Assembly: GCF_006345805.1 (NCBI RefSeq)
Contig: NC_043005.1
Coordinates: forward strand, 106,950,001 to 107,014,000
Reading direction: 5' to 3'
Origin: Octopus sinensis
Lineage: Eukaryota
DNA: 64,000 bases
In this document: positions 11,980 through 25,300 of the stretch, piece after piece
Layout: each line of letters begins with the position of its first letter
How positions within the stretch are numbered: position 1 is the first letter of the stretch
The notes under the pieces: generated by a model
Told to the model about the DNA's origin: nothing
The model's input: the letters and a program-made list of their open reading frames with translations, nothing else
Databases searched by the model: none
Made by a program: the position numbers and the translations under genes

Positions 11980-12385
11980 GGGTACAGACGTGGCTAGATG
12001 GTTCAGTAGCTTGCTTCCCGATCTTGTGCTTTTGGGTTCAGGCCCACTGCTTGATACCTTGGTTATGTGTCCTCTACAATAGCTCCGGGACAACCAAGAC
12101 ATTGTGAGTAGATTTTATTGACAGAAATTTTATTGACGAGCTGGCAGAACCGTTAGCACGCCGGGCGAAATGCTTAGCGGTATTTCGTCTGCCGTTACGT
12201 TCTGAGTTCAAATTCCGCCGAGGTCGACTTTGCCTTTCATCCTTTCGGGGTCGATAAATTAAGTACCAGTTACGCAATGGGGTCGATGTAATCGACTTAA
12301 TCCATTTGTCTGTCCTTGTTTGTCTCCTCTATGTTTAGCCCTTTGTGGGTAGTAAAGAAATAAGAAACTGAAAGGAGTTCGTAGA
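11980..12385 (+). mobile_element. Diverged SINE family 4 (5' half) interrupted by a family 1 SINE
   Basis: Head GTGGCTAGATGGTTCAGTAGCTTGCTT...GGGTTCAGGCCCACTGC; sequence resumes as GAAACTGAAAGG after the insert. Confidence 0.6.
12135..12362 (+). mobile_element. SINE family 1 (tail 1), low divergence
   Basis: Near-consensus head, B-box, core and tail. Confidence 0.9.
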
Positions 12386-12589
12386 TAGATAGATCGATAG
12401 ATAGATAGATAGATATGTACGTGTGTATATATCTAGGTGTAATTGTGTTGTGCTTGTTTTCCACCACCGTTTAACATATGGTGTTGGTTTATTTAGGTCT
12501 TTTAACTTAGCGGATCTGCATAAAGAACAATAGATTAAACACCAAACGCAACATTAAGTTACTCTGGTCCTTGTGTAAAATGGACCAAG

Positions 12590-12950
12590 ACAGTGCCGAA
12601 GGAATTAGTTAGATCTAAGATGCTGTTCGCAATGAAGAACGAACAACACCATCGAGAGGCTATGACTACTTGGCTTGTTCAACGCTGAAAGGTGCCATCA
12701 GTGCTGCGCTATAGGCTTTGATGAACATGTGCGTGATGAGGAAAGAATACAATATGCGGATAGACATACCCAAAATGTTGCTGAATCAGTAAGAGAATCC
12801 AAGAAGGGCAGGTAAGAAAATGGCAGAACAAATAACTGGAAAGAGAAAGTAACACATGGCCAATTCCTGCAAAAAAGCCGAGTATGATGTAAGTCAAGGA
12901 TGCTGTTGTGGCTGGCACATGCAAACTTGAAACGAGAACCGAGGGAAAAC
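12590..12950 (+). mobile_element. Internal fragment of R4/Dong-like LINE (post-RT region), degenerate
   Basis: Translation DAVRNEER...NWKEKVTHGQFLQKSRV*CKSRMLLWLAHANLKRE parallels QWQKKTLQGKYW...QWLRSSALKAETG in the 15605 element. Confidence 0.55.
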
Positions 12951-14295
12951 GCATGTATCGATCATAGCGCAAGCATAATTAGAAAATATCAGTTAATTAC
13001 ACCATGAAGTAGGAAAAACAAGCTTTGGTTTTGTATTTGACTTGCAAGATTCTTTATCTGAATTCGTGTGTTGAAATAAATTTTGCTATGTCTCGGGAGA
13101 GTCATTACGCCAATATTAACAACACGCGCACCGGTTCAATTCCACTCCCTTACTATTAATGAATTCGTTAATGCCTACCCAACTAAGCAATCGAACGCTT
13201 GTTTAACTTGTTGGGTATAAAGTCAAAAGTTTTAATTTTTCTATTTTTAAATAAAAAGAGAAAGCAATTAACTGTTTAACTAACAAGTTAAAAAAGCAAT
13301 CGATTACTTAGATGGATAGATATTTAACCAATTGCTTTATAATAAAGCAGTGGAATTGAAAGGATGCGTGTGTTATTGATATTAGCGTAATAACTGTCCC
13401 AAAACACAACAAAAGGCAAGATAAAGTTTATAGGTAAACAAGATTTATCCTAGAACGACCACAAAATACTCCCTATCAAATCCCCGGACCTCAAGCACAA
13501 ATTAAAAGTAAATATAAGAGAGTATGTGGAAATTTGAAGAATAAGAATATCTGGCGTGAAAGTAATTAAAGTATTATGAAAAATACATCTGATATGTAAA
13601 AAAGACATTGCCTCCTAAAGATAAAACTTTTTGATGAAATAGCAACAATAAAAACGCAAGGAAGGACATTGCAGACTTTATGGATGCACCACGGATCTCA
13701 AAATATTAGGAATATCGAAATCCAACACAAAGAAGGTATAAAAGAAATATACATATAAAGACAGAAAATAAGTTTAAGCGTATCCCGTAAGTTTTAATGA
13801 AATTAATGAGGAAATGACTATCCTCACCAAAGAATGATGATTAAGTATAAAAGTGCACCTAATCAAAACATGCCAGAAACAAGGAATCTTTCAGCAAATC
13901 GTAAGGAATGTGTAGGTGTAAAACGCGATATTATTTATTTGAAATAAGGAAACGGTTCGTCTCCAATCCCAAATCATTTTATCAAATAAAAATAAAATAG
14001 ACATCGATACATGATCAACAATATGAGAAGTAAACTAAATCTGGAAATCAGTAAGAAGATCGAAGGAATGTCCGCGGAGGTGATTGCTCGATAAAATGTC
14101 CATAACATCTGAAGAATCATTGAAGAGCACAGCAACATGTCAAGTTGCTCAAACTTTATAAAAAGCAAAGAACTGGTAAAAATATTTAGCAGAAGATGTA
14201 GGACATTAGCAAAGATGCTCGAAAAGAAAATGACTTGCTGGCGGCCAAAATATATATCCTTACGAATAAGGCAACAGCTAACGTCAACTATATGC

Positions 14296-14528
14296 CTATT
14301 TCTTTACTATCCATAAGGGGCTAAACACAGAGAGGACAAACAAGGACAGATAAACGGATTAAGTCGATTATATCGACCCCAGTGCGTAACTGGTACTTAA
14401 TTTATCGACCCCGAAAGGATGAAAGGCAAAGTCGACCTCGGCGGAGTTTGAACCCAGAACATAACGACAGACGAAATACCGCTAAGCATTTCGCCCGGCG
14501 TGCTAACGGTTCTGCCAACTCGCCGCCT
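14296..14528 (-). mobile_element. SINE family 1 (tail 1)
   Basis: rc near-identical to 12135-12362. Confidence 0.9.
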
Positions 14529-14811
14529 TTATACGTCAAATATATACCAAGAACTAAAATATTGCAGCTTTCTAAATCTTGAAATAGAGATAACCAGCAT
14601 GTTAAAACAATATGCATGCAAATATATATTCTAAAAAAAAAAAAACGGTTTACAAAACTTACACAATATAGAGATAGCAGCATTATAAGAAATATAAATA
14701 TGCAAAACGAAAATAATTTGTTGTGCATACGCTGCAATTACTTTTAAGGTGAAAGTACGTATCAAAATAAGTTTGATAAAAAATACAATCTCTCTATTAG
14801 TATTATTTCGG

Positions 14812-15512
14812 GTGAGTTCAAATTCCTGCAAGGTCGATTTGCCTTTTCATCATTTCTGGGTCGATAAAGAAGTACCCGTTGAGCACTGAGGTTGATATAA
14901 TCGTCTTTCGCTGGCCTTGTACCAAAATTTGAAATTATTTTTAGTAAGATCTCAAATTTAGGAACAAGACCAGCATTTTAAAGAGGAAGTTATAAACCTA
15001 TACCATCTACCGTATTACTTTAGACACGAGACCATCAGAATTAAGATGGCGGATCAGCAGATAGCAACGACCTAGGTACTCGGCTGGTACTTTAATATAT
15101 CAAGCCCGGAGGGATGAACACAAATTTGATCAGGGTAGGATTTGAAATCAGAGCGTTAAGCGCCGGAACAAAAACATCAAACCATTTCGTATGACGCTCA
15201 AACAATTCTACCAATATATGAATGTAGTTAGATAGATTGGTTGAATGTGACCCCTTAGCAACAGCAGCGACGGTGACCTAAAAAAAAAAAAATACCAATA
15301 ATAGCGTTTGATTTAGACACAAGGACTTGATTTTCAGAAGCGGGGTTCGCTCAACACCAATACTTTATTGATATTTTATTCTGTGTATCTGCGAATGGAT
15401 AAAATTCAGAAATGCCTTCCAGCTGAAATCAGAACAAGATCTTATAGTGTCGGAAGTTATATAGTAAAACATTAGTTCCGAAACACTAAAATTTCTGCTA
15501 GCTCACCGCTCT
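14812..15512. mobile_element. Cluster of old family-1-related SINE fragments (14812-14935 +, ~15070-15212 -, ~15305-15512 -)
   Basis: Eroded GAGTTCAAATTCC / GGTCGATAA / GGCACAAGG-like motifs. Confidence 0.5.
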
Positions 15513-15514
15513 GA

Positions 15515-15585
<71 letters not shown>

Positions 15586-15604
15586 ATAATAATAATAATA
15601 ATAA
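15515..15604. repeat. (TAC)n(TAA)n array 5' of the Dong element
   Basis: Direct reading. Confidence 0.95.
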
Positions 15605-17252
15605 TACGCTACAAATGACAAACAGCTGGAAACGCTACTAAAGACAGTTCATGGATTCACCAAAGAAATAGATAAGAAATTTGGATTAGAAAAATGCGCC
15701 AAAGTAACCCTGAAAAGAGGAAAACTAGTTAAGAGTAGCAACATCACACTAGATAAAGCCAATGAAATAAAAGAATTAAACCAAAGCCTAACTTACAAAT
15801 ACTTAGGAATCCATGAAATAGATAAGACACAACACACACAAATGAAAGAGAAAATAAAGGAAGAATACTATAGACGAGTTAGATCAATACTAAAAACAGA
15901 GCTTAATGATAAAAACAAGATAATAGGTATTAAACTTTAGCCGTCCCAGTTATAAGTTACAGCTACAATATCCTTAACTGGACGCTAAATGAACTAACCA
16001 AAATAGATATGAAAACAAGAAAAATAATGACAGGATCTAGGATGCATCATCCAAAATCTGACATAGAAAGGCTATATATACAACATATAGAAGGTGGTAG
16101 AGTCCTTATAAAGCTGGAAAACTACTATAAAATAACCACCATAGGACTGCAAAAATACCTACTTCAGAAGCAGGGAAAATTGATACAAATAGCGGCAAAA
16201 CACAAGCAAAACAAAAAATTGTTCTCAGTATTTAAGGAAGCTGACAAATACAAACAAGAAATCATACTACCTAACAAATATAAAGAAGAAGAAGAAGAAG
16301 AAGAAGAAGAAGAAGAAGAAGAAGATGAAGAAACAAAAAAGCTATAAAACAAATGAAATCCAAACTAAAACTAGAACAGCAAAGAACCATGATAAAACAA
16401 TGGCAAAAAAAAACCCTCCAGGGTAAATACTGGACTAAACTAAATGCAAAAGAAATAGACAAAGAAAAATCCCAGCAATGGTTGAGAAGCTCAGCACTCA
16501 AAGCAGAGACAGGGGGATTTTTAATTGCAGCACAAGACCAAGACCTCCTCACCAGAAATTACCAGAAACATGTAATGAAAAGAAATATAACAAGTAACTA
16601 CAGAATATGTGGAGATGGACAAGAAACAATAAATCATATTATCTCTGGCTGCCCAGTCCTGGCTAAGAAGGAATATATTCACACACACGACATATTTGGG
16701 ACCTACATACACTGGAAGCTATGCCAACATTATGGAATAACAACAGAAAAAAGATGGTATAGGCACTTTTGGTCACAGAAAACGAGAAAGCAACCATACT
16801 CTGGGATATGCCAATACACACAGATAGAGAAATTAAGGCCAACAGACCAGATATAGTTGTCAGAGATCATGAAACAAAATGCTTTTTAATTGATGTATCA
16901 ATACCAGCAGATGGCAACATGTCTCTAAAAGAAATGGAGAAACTTTAAAAATACAAAGACCTGGACATAGAGGTAACTCGAATGTGGAATCTAAAAACAG
17001 AAACAAATCCTATCATAGTAGGTGCATTAGACATGATAAAAAATATTCAGACAAATACATAACAAAAACACCAGGACTTACAAACACATATAACATACAG
17101 AAAATTGCACTACTAGGCACTGCACACATCCTACGCAGAACACTTTCAATACAGTAACCATCAGAGCATCAGAACAAATCACAGCACATACTCAAGGAAC
17201 ACAGAGCTGCGCTCGGTAGTGAAGTGAAAGCACGCTATAAAAAATAAAACTA

Positions 17253-17256
<4 letters not shown>
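15605..17256 (+). mobile_element. 5'-truncated R4/Dong-like RLE non-LTR retrotransposon (RT C-terminus, CCHC, PD-(D/E)xK endonuclease, 3' UTR), frameshifted
   Basis: YATNDKQLETLLKTVHGF..FGLEKCAKV..TYKYLGI..HHPKSDIERLY..(Y)RICGDGQETINHIISGC..ILWDMPIHTDREIKANRPDIVV..LIDVSIP..KYKDL..LLGTAHILRRTLSIQ* (stop 17155-17157); (TAA)n on both sides. Confidence 0.93.
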
Positions 17257-17308
<52 letters not shown>

Positions 17309-17337
17309 TGATGATGATGATGATGATGATGATTAAA
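17257..17337. repeat. (TAA)n(TGA)n tail between Dong and family X
   Basis: Direct reading. Confidence 0.95.
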
Positions 17338-17715
17338 TGCCCTGATGCAGTACCACTAATACCCTGATGCAGTACCAGGCAGTGGCTCTCATGGCTTCTG
17401 TTCTTAACTGATTGTAAGTGTTATCATGTACATTGTTTTGTCTTGGTATAAAAGATGGGCTACAGCAAATATTCTGCTCAATACCACAGATTTGCTTGTC
17501 AGTTGTTTGACCGTAACCAGTTGAGCATGTCCCTTAGTGACTGACGATATGTGCATCTCTGATCACGAGCAGAAGTAGTGGGGGAGCATCATAGTCATGT
17601 GTTGAGAGGGATTCTTTGGGGTTTGGGTAATTCACCCTTGGAAACATGGGTGTTTCGTTCTTCATCCTTGAACAAACCATATTCAGGAACCTTTTGAGCG
17701 GGATGGGTTACTCGT
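17338..17715 (+). mobile_element. Family X repeat, copy 2 (3'-truncated, 5' 16-mer duplicated)
   Basis: CCCTGATGCAGTACCA occurs twice at the start; homologous to 86-623 and 47855-48372. Confidence 0.8.
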
Positions 17716-17789
17716 CCAGGTCTACACTTAGAGACTTACCCTCCACTCTTGCCCTTTTCACAGTTTTCACCCACCTTTCATTAACTTTA

Positions 17790-17792
17790 ATA

Positions 17793-17829
<37 letters not shown>

Positions 17830-17857
17830 GTTATTATTATTTTTATTATTATTATTA

Positions 17858-17894
<37 letters not shown>

Positions 17895-17923
17895 TATTAT
17901 TATTAATATTATTATTATTATTA

Positions 17924-17986
<63 letters not shown>
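17790..17986. repeat. (TAT)n microsatellite
   Basis: Direct reading. Confidence 0.95.
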
Positions 17987-17987
<1 letters not shown>

Positions 17988-18440
17988 GTGATCAAATCCT
18001 AGCTATCTACGTAATTGGGAGTTTTGTAGAAGAGTAGGATTTGAACAGAATGATAAATGGTACGAACATAAGCCCATGTAAGTACTAGAAAGTAAGAAAT
18101 ACAAAATGTTCAGACAGACAGAGTAATAGAACCTAGGAGGCCAGCTTTAGTACTAGTGGACGAAGAGAATAGAAAGTGCCAGATAATTGACTTTACAGTC
18201 CCAAATGATGAGGAAGTCAATATAAGCGGTATAGTACTAGAACTTAGGCATTGAGTTTCAGAGGCTATGAAAATTTGGGGTAAAATGTATCCTTGTAGTT
18301 ATAGGCGCATTAGGGACTGTCCGTAAAGATTTGAACGAATGGATAGAGGAAATAGGCATAAAACCTAGTCTGGTACAGCTCAAAAAAAAAAACAGTGCTA
18401 TTAGGAACCGGTAGAATAATTAGGAGAGTTCTTATGAGGA
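17987..18440 (+). mobile_element. R4/Dong-like endonuclease-domain fragment, distinct subfamily, degenerate
   Basis: GFEQNDKWYEHKP..QTDRVIEPRRPALVLVDEENRKCQIIDFTVPNDE..VVIGALGTVRKDLNEWIEEIGIKPSLVQLKK..VLLGTGRIIRRVL. Confidence 0.8.
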
Positions 18441-19026
18441 ATTTTTCTTTTCCAACAGTATAGTCTGCTGTGTGTACCTGGAATACTAATAAACTATGCA
18501 TATAATTCTAAACAATATTAAGACACATATTCTCGAAAGCACATTTTCTAAAACAAAACTTCTTACAGACCCAGGGTATACAATTTTAACAAATCCCTCT
18601 CATCTAACCATATTCTTCTGCCAAACTAAGGCAGTTAAACGTCCTAGTTATAATGCTCACATTTACTTAAAACTTGCTGTCACTTGAGTTCTCGGGGTAA
18701 AACTTAGACTCAGCTTCTGCATTTACAAAGCAAATTCAAACAACAATAATAATATCAACAACAAAATCAACAATTACAGAAGCCATGCACATTATACAAG
18801 TCACGATAACGTTCAAAGTGAAAAATTCTAGTAAGGGCTATCAAGAAATATTAGATTACCAAAATTATTCTTATTTCCCATGTAAAAAGCACATCCCAGT
18901 TTTGTTCTCTCTTCTTCACTCACATGCTAAGAATATGACCATTCACCCAGGTATCTTTAAATTAAACTTGAAACAATCAATGAAAGTTTAGTTGAAGAGA
19001 GAAATGTCTGTTCTTAGTGCTTTCAG

Positions 19027-19580
19027 TTTTGGTTCACCAAAGTACCATTTTTGTCATAGTTATTGGAGAGAGGAAACCGCCCGCTTTTCCGGTTAAAGGA
19101 AAATAGTAGGATGATCATCAGGAAAGTCTCGACCGAAAACCGAATTCGTCCTACTCTCGACAAAAGATTTCGACGAAATTCCACATACCTGCAAATTTCG
19201 AACTCGGAACGAATGCGTTGTTCTTTGCACATCTTGCACAGACCCCGCCCATGCTGCTTCGATGCCTGTATATTTTGTCAAGAATCGGTGGTGAGCTTCG
19301 ATTGACACACAATTCCGTTGGTATTCGAAGGCCAGGTATGTTTTTGATTTAAAATTTCACCATCCACTCGTCTTTTGTCGTCGGCCAAATTATCTCGAGT
19401 AAGTCGTTACATTTCTCTGCTGACAGAAATCTATTGAGAGATAACCTGAGCTTCTCACAGGTCACATTACCAAAATTGTAAAGAAGTGTGTCACCTGACG
19501 ACATTCAACATACTAGGCGTCCGGTCATGCGTTTCGCCTCACGCAGAACTACAGCCGTTTCGACATAACCATTGCTGCCA
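19027..19580. other. CpG-enriched unique segment with canonical splice donors on both strands; possible exon or promoter
   Basis: CAG|GTATGT at 19335/19336 (+) and 19189/19188 (-); not matched to any repeat seen in the window. Confidence 0.3.
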
Positions 19581-20071
19581 TTGTCATTACGAACACCATG
19601 CTCACAACCAGCATCATAACATGATAATCATCATCGTCATCGTTATTTTAGTCGTCGTTCTCATCATTATCGTTATCATGTCATCGTCATTATTATTCCT
19701 TTTATCATTGCAGAAATATTATCTTTTGTAGTTAGAGCGGAATTGGTGGCAGAGGTAGCGTTATAAGTATGTTGTTGTTATTGTTGGTGGTGGTGGTGGT
19801 GTTCTTTTTATTTATTGTTGTTTTTGACGTTACGCTTAATAGATTTAAAGGAAGGGTTAGGAAAGCAATTTAAAATGTCATGAAGTGAAATATAATGATA
19901 AAAAAATATATATAAAAAAAACTAATTTATTTATTTATTTAGCTGAAATAACTGATGAAAATCAAAATAGAAAGTAGAAGAGAGAGAGAGAGAGAGAGAG
20001 AGAGGCTGAATATTAGTTAAGGAGTAAGTGCGAAGAGTAAAGGAGAGAACTCTTTCCACAGTTTGCATATC

Positions 20072-20106
<35 letters not shown>

Positions 20107-20163
20107 AACAGAGAGAGGGGAGGGAGAGATAGATAGATATACATCTACACAAATACATATATG

Positions 20164-20197
<34 letters not shown>

Positions 20198-20379
20198 CAT
20201 ATATATGTATACGTATGTATGGATGTATGTATGTATATGTATATAGCAGGGAAGAGAATTAAATGTGCAAGATCATTTCATTTGAAATTATTGATCTTAT
20301 CAAGATTTCACATAAATTTTCCAATTTTCGTCTTTATTGTTAAACAACATCAACAACTATTCATCCTCTTTACTTTCAA

Positions 20380-21086
20380 CCCCTCTCTCCCTCTCACATC
20401 ATCTTCTTCTCTTCCTCTCTGTTTTCACCCCATCATCTCTTTCTCACTTTCATATCAATCATCTCATTTTCCTTCTCAATCCTCTCCATTTCTCTTTTAC
20501 ACTTTAAAGTTTATTATCTTGAGTTGCCTTTCTCTTTCATTTCAGCCTCCCGTTCTCTCTCATTATTTTCCTCTCTTCCCTCTGCATCATTATCATTGCT
20601 TACATTCCATTTTCCTTTCTATTTCTCTCTCTCTCTCTCTCTTCCTACTCTCTCTCTCTCTGTCTTTCTCTTTCCCTTTATTTCCCTTTATAGCTCTCAG
20701 TATTTGGTTCCTCTCTCTCTCTCTCTCTCTCTCTCTACCATTCCCCACCTTCATTGTTATTACATTCCCTTTCGTCGTATTCCCTCTATGTGTAAAGCCC
20801 CTTTTCTTTCTCATATGATTTTAACCTCCGATCCTCTCATTCTCCTTCTGCCTCGTTCACCTCTTTCCACTCCCTACCTACTCCACGATCTCAGTCCCCG
20901 CCATCTCTCTCACCGAATATTCTACATCTTCCTTATACAGATCTCTCTATCCCACTCTCTCTTTCTCACTCTCACTTTCTCTCTCTCACTCTCCATTCTG
21001 TCACAAACATTATCTCCTCTTTCGTTCATTCCCGTACTTCGTCTAGTAACTATCTGAATCTCATATCATTTCTTCATCTATCTATC

Positions 21087-21165
<79 letters not shown>

Positions 21166-21174
21166 GTCTGTCTA

Positions 21175-21205
<31 letters not shown>

Positions 21206-21400
21206 GTCTGTCTAACTATCTATCCATCTACCTACCTATCTACCAATCTGTCAGTCTGCCTATGTATGTATCTATCTCAATATCTATTTTTCTAGACAGC
21301 TATCAATTTATCTACCTATTTACTTATCTACTTTTCTATCTAACTCTATATATCTGCCTATCTAAATACCCAGCTATCTAGCTATCTATTTAAATATCTA
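20380..21400. repeat. (CT)-rich polypyrimidine tract followed by (TATC)n/(TGTC)n
   Basis: Direct reading. Confidence 0.9.
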
Positions 21401-21667
21401 TTTTAATCTTACAATTTTCAGAACAACTCCTCTCAACCGTTCCATCTCTATCCTTTTCCTTCTCTTTCTCTCTGTAAATAGCACTCTCTTTGACTCGCTC
21501 TTTCCTGTAACATCTCTATCTCTCTTCCCCAGGCCTCTCGCTCCTGCAACTACTTCTCCTTCCAACGTATACTTTGCTTTAAGTAAAATTTACAAAGTAA
21601 TGAAAACAAAACAAAACTGAACAAATAAATACAACAACAAAAGCAAGAAAAACAAAGTAACATCATC

Positions 21668-21698
<31 letters not shown>

Positions 21699-21889
21699 GC
21701 AACTACTACCACCATCACGAAAACAACAGCATTGAAAACAATAAAACATTTCAATATATATATAAATAAATATGCAGAAATAAAATTGTGTTTGAGGTTT
21801 GGGGCTTCACTGTTCCTTTGTGTTTTTTAAAACTGTATTTTACTTGTTTTCGCATTTTTACTCTAATTCTGTTACGTATATGTATGCCT

Positions 21890-23225
<1,336 letters not shown>

Positions 23226-23809
23226 AATAATATTCTGTATTTAATTGCTGTAATTATTCTTGTTTTTTTTTTCCTTGCGCTTTTATCGCAGTAGTAGCTG
23301 CATGTCTTAATTTATTATATTTCAACAATAAATGTTATCCATTAGTGGATTTACAACATTTGTATTTCAAAGAATATTATAAACCCTCAAAAGAAATCAC
23401 CGCATACACAATGCTCAAAGCCAAACCATACACACATGTATATCACTATAAACTGCTACGTACCACATATGCAGAGACTATGACCTTGTATATAATTACA
23501 TGCATGTTCGTATAACGCGTATATATGTGAATTATTCCCATATGGAAGGAGATGTTTAATGACAAGAAGTCAGAGATCCATGGCTGGAATTTAGATAACC
23601 ACCATCGATAAGTGTTACATGTTGATATCTAGAAAAGTCTTGCATATCTTTATTGTTCCACTTAAATCGTGTATCTGTAAAGTGCAGGTTAAACGGTCTC
23701 ATTCATTGCCAGAAAAATGACCTTTCAGATTGTCCCTTACCTATTTACTAACTTAACCAAGTATACCAGTGATTATTAGTATAAACAGGAATTCAAAATC
23801 AGGGCAAAA

Positions 23810-24010
23810 GGCGGCGAGCTGGCAGAGTCGTTAGCACGCCGGGCGAAATGCTTAGCAGTATTTCGTCTACCGTTACGTTCTGAGTTCAAATTCTACCGAG
23901 GTCGACTTTGCCTTTCATCCTTTCGGGGTCGATAAATAAAGTACCAGTTACGCACTGGAGTCGATGTAATCGACTTAATCCTTTTGTCTGTCCTTGTTCG
24001 TTCCCTCTGT
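23810..24010 (+). mobile_element. SINE family 1 (tail 1, 3'-truncated)
   Basis: Consensus head, B-box and core. Confidence 0.9.
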
Positions 24011-24049
24011 AGAGTAGAGTAGAGGCGTAGCAAGTTTTGAACCCTCTAC

Positions 24050-24530
24050 TCGTAAATATCTTGTTTCCTTCTGATTTTGGATTCGATATTCACATCTTCA
24101 GGACACTTAATCCTTCCCTGCCAAAAATTTTCATAAAATATTTATGCACACCTGAAAATTATGAAAAGTATGTTATGCTTGCATTTGGAAGGATTTTTTT
24201 TTATGGAAATGTTCGTGTGATATGCATGCATTGAATGACAATGATGTTTAAATATATCTTAGGCCGTTTTTGCTGACAATGTCATTGTATATCACTTTAG
24301 CATGTCACAGTGAAATGCAGTACCTTGATAGTATATTCAGGAAGCTGCTGACTTCTTGTCTTTTGTTCTCCACAGAAGAGTGACATAATCAGCGTTTGTG
24401 GTTACAACGTTGGATTTTCAACGCTTCGTTGTCTTGATTGCTTATCGGATATTTTGCAACTATCTTTGCTTTTGGCCAGTAAAAGCGTGATATTCGGATT
24501 ATGACGTGTTATAACGACCCCTGTTCAAGA
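24050..24530 (-). pseudogene. Possible ancient Ty3/Gypsy integrase relic
   Basis: Broken translation IIRISRFYWPKAKIVAKY, DIVSKNGLRYI*T and SNPKSEG resemble the RFYWP..DV..Y, GNxYIL and HPQSxG integrase motifs. Confidence 0.3.
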
Positions 24531-25020
24531 GACACAGTAGTCCATATTAATATTTTTTAGAAAAAATATGCCCGTTCGGATAAAAATCGGATATGTTGGG
24601 GACAGTTTTTGCTTACCCCTGGTATATAAACATAGGAGGTTCACAATAGATGTTATCTTAGACGAACACTGCGGTAACTTAGCTGTCAATGATGCATTTA
24701 CACTAAGTATGATACATAGATTGCTATCTTAATTTTAAACTGCTTCAATTACGCATACCAGATAATATTCAGCCGCGTCACTATTTGCGGTACCAATGAA
24801 TATTTTATTCCGTTTCCTATACCGGGGAATATACATCGTGATATGTCATTGCGAAAACCCAACTTGATTGAAAGGCATCTAGCGTTCTCACCAGCCACAC
24901 CTGGGATGATGTTTACCTTATACCGTTATATATATTGCTTTTAAACACAGCATGTCCATAATCGATCTTATCTAGAACGAATACCGCTATACCTTTCCTA
25001 TCAATATGTATGTATGTATG

Positions 25021-25069
<49 letters not shown>

Positions 25070-25089
25070 TGTGTGTGTGTGTGTGTGTA

Positions 25090-25300
25090 GTTAATCCAAA
25101 CATGAAAACACAAAGAGAAAACACAACAACGCGAGGACCTGGAACAAGTATAGTGTTATTGGACGCTCAAGAAAGGAAAGAAAAAGGAGGATTTTAACGT
25201 TTCGGGCGGAGCTCTTCGTCAGAAACATAGGAAAAGAAAGATCCACAGAAGGGAAGACGGAGGAAAAAAAATCGCCAACGATACACACGCGGTCATGCAT
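25090..25300 (-). mobile_element. Solo pLTR-like repeat of a Penelope-like element, carrying a minimal hammerhead
   Basis: Adjacent to (TG)n; contains CTGACGA..GAAACGTT; architecture parallels 38015-38206. Confidence 0.6.
25192..25226 (-). ncRNA. Minimal type I hammerhead ribozyme motif
   Basis: rc UUU-CUGACGA-A-GAGC-UCC-GCCC-GAAAC-GUU-AAA; stem II has one mismatch, stem I is 3 bp, stem III is loopless and palindromic (AACGUU). Confidence 0.6.

Noticed and set aside
13300-14290. Purine-skewed stretch with RFVSNPKSFYQ, possibly LINE-derived
   Set aside because: Only one short motif and many stops; cannot be assigned by eye.
19085-19125. CTGATGA...GAAA on the minus strand as a hammerhead
   Set aside because: No pairing for stems I, II or III and no UH site.
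24376-24510. Strong plus-strand acceptor TTTTGTTCTCCACAG as an exon start
   Set aside because: All three frames hit stops or only a weak donor, and the opposite strand is better explained as an integrase relic.
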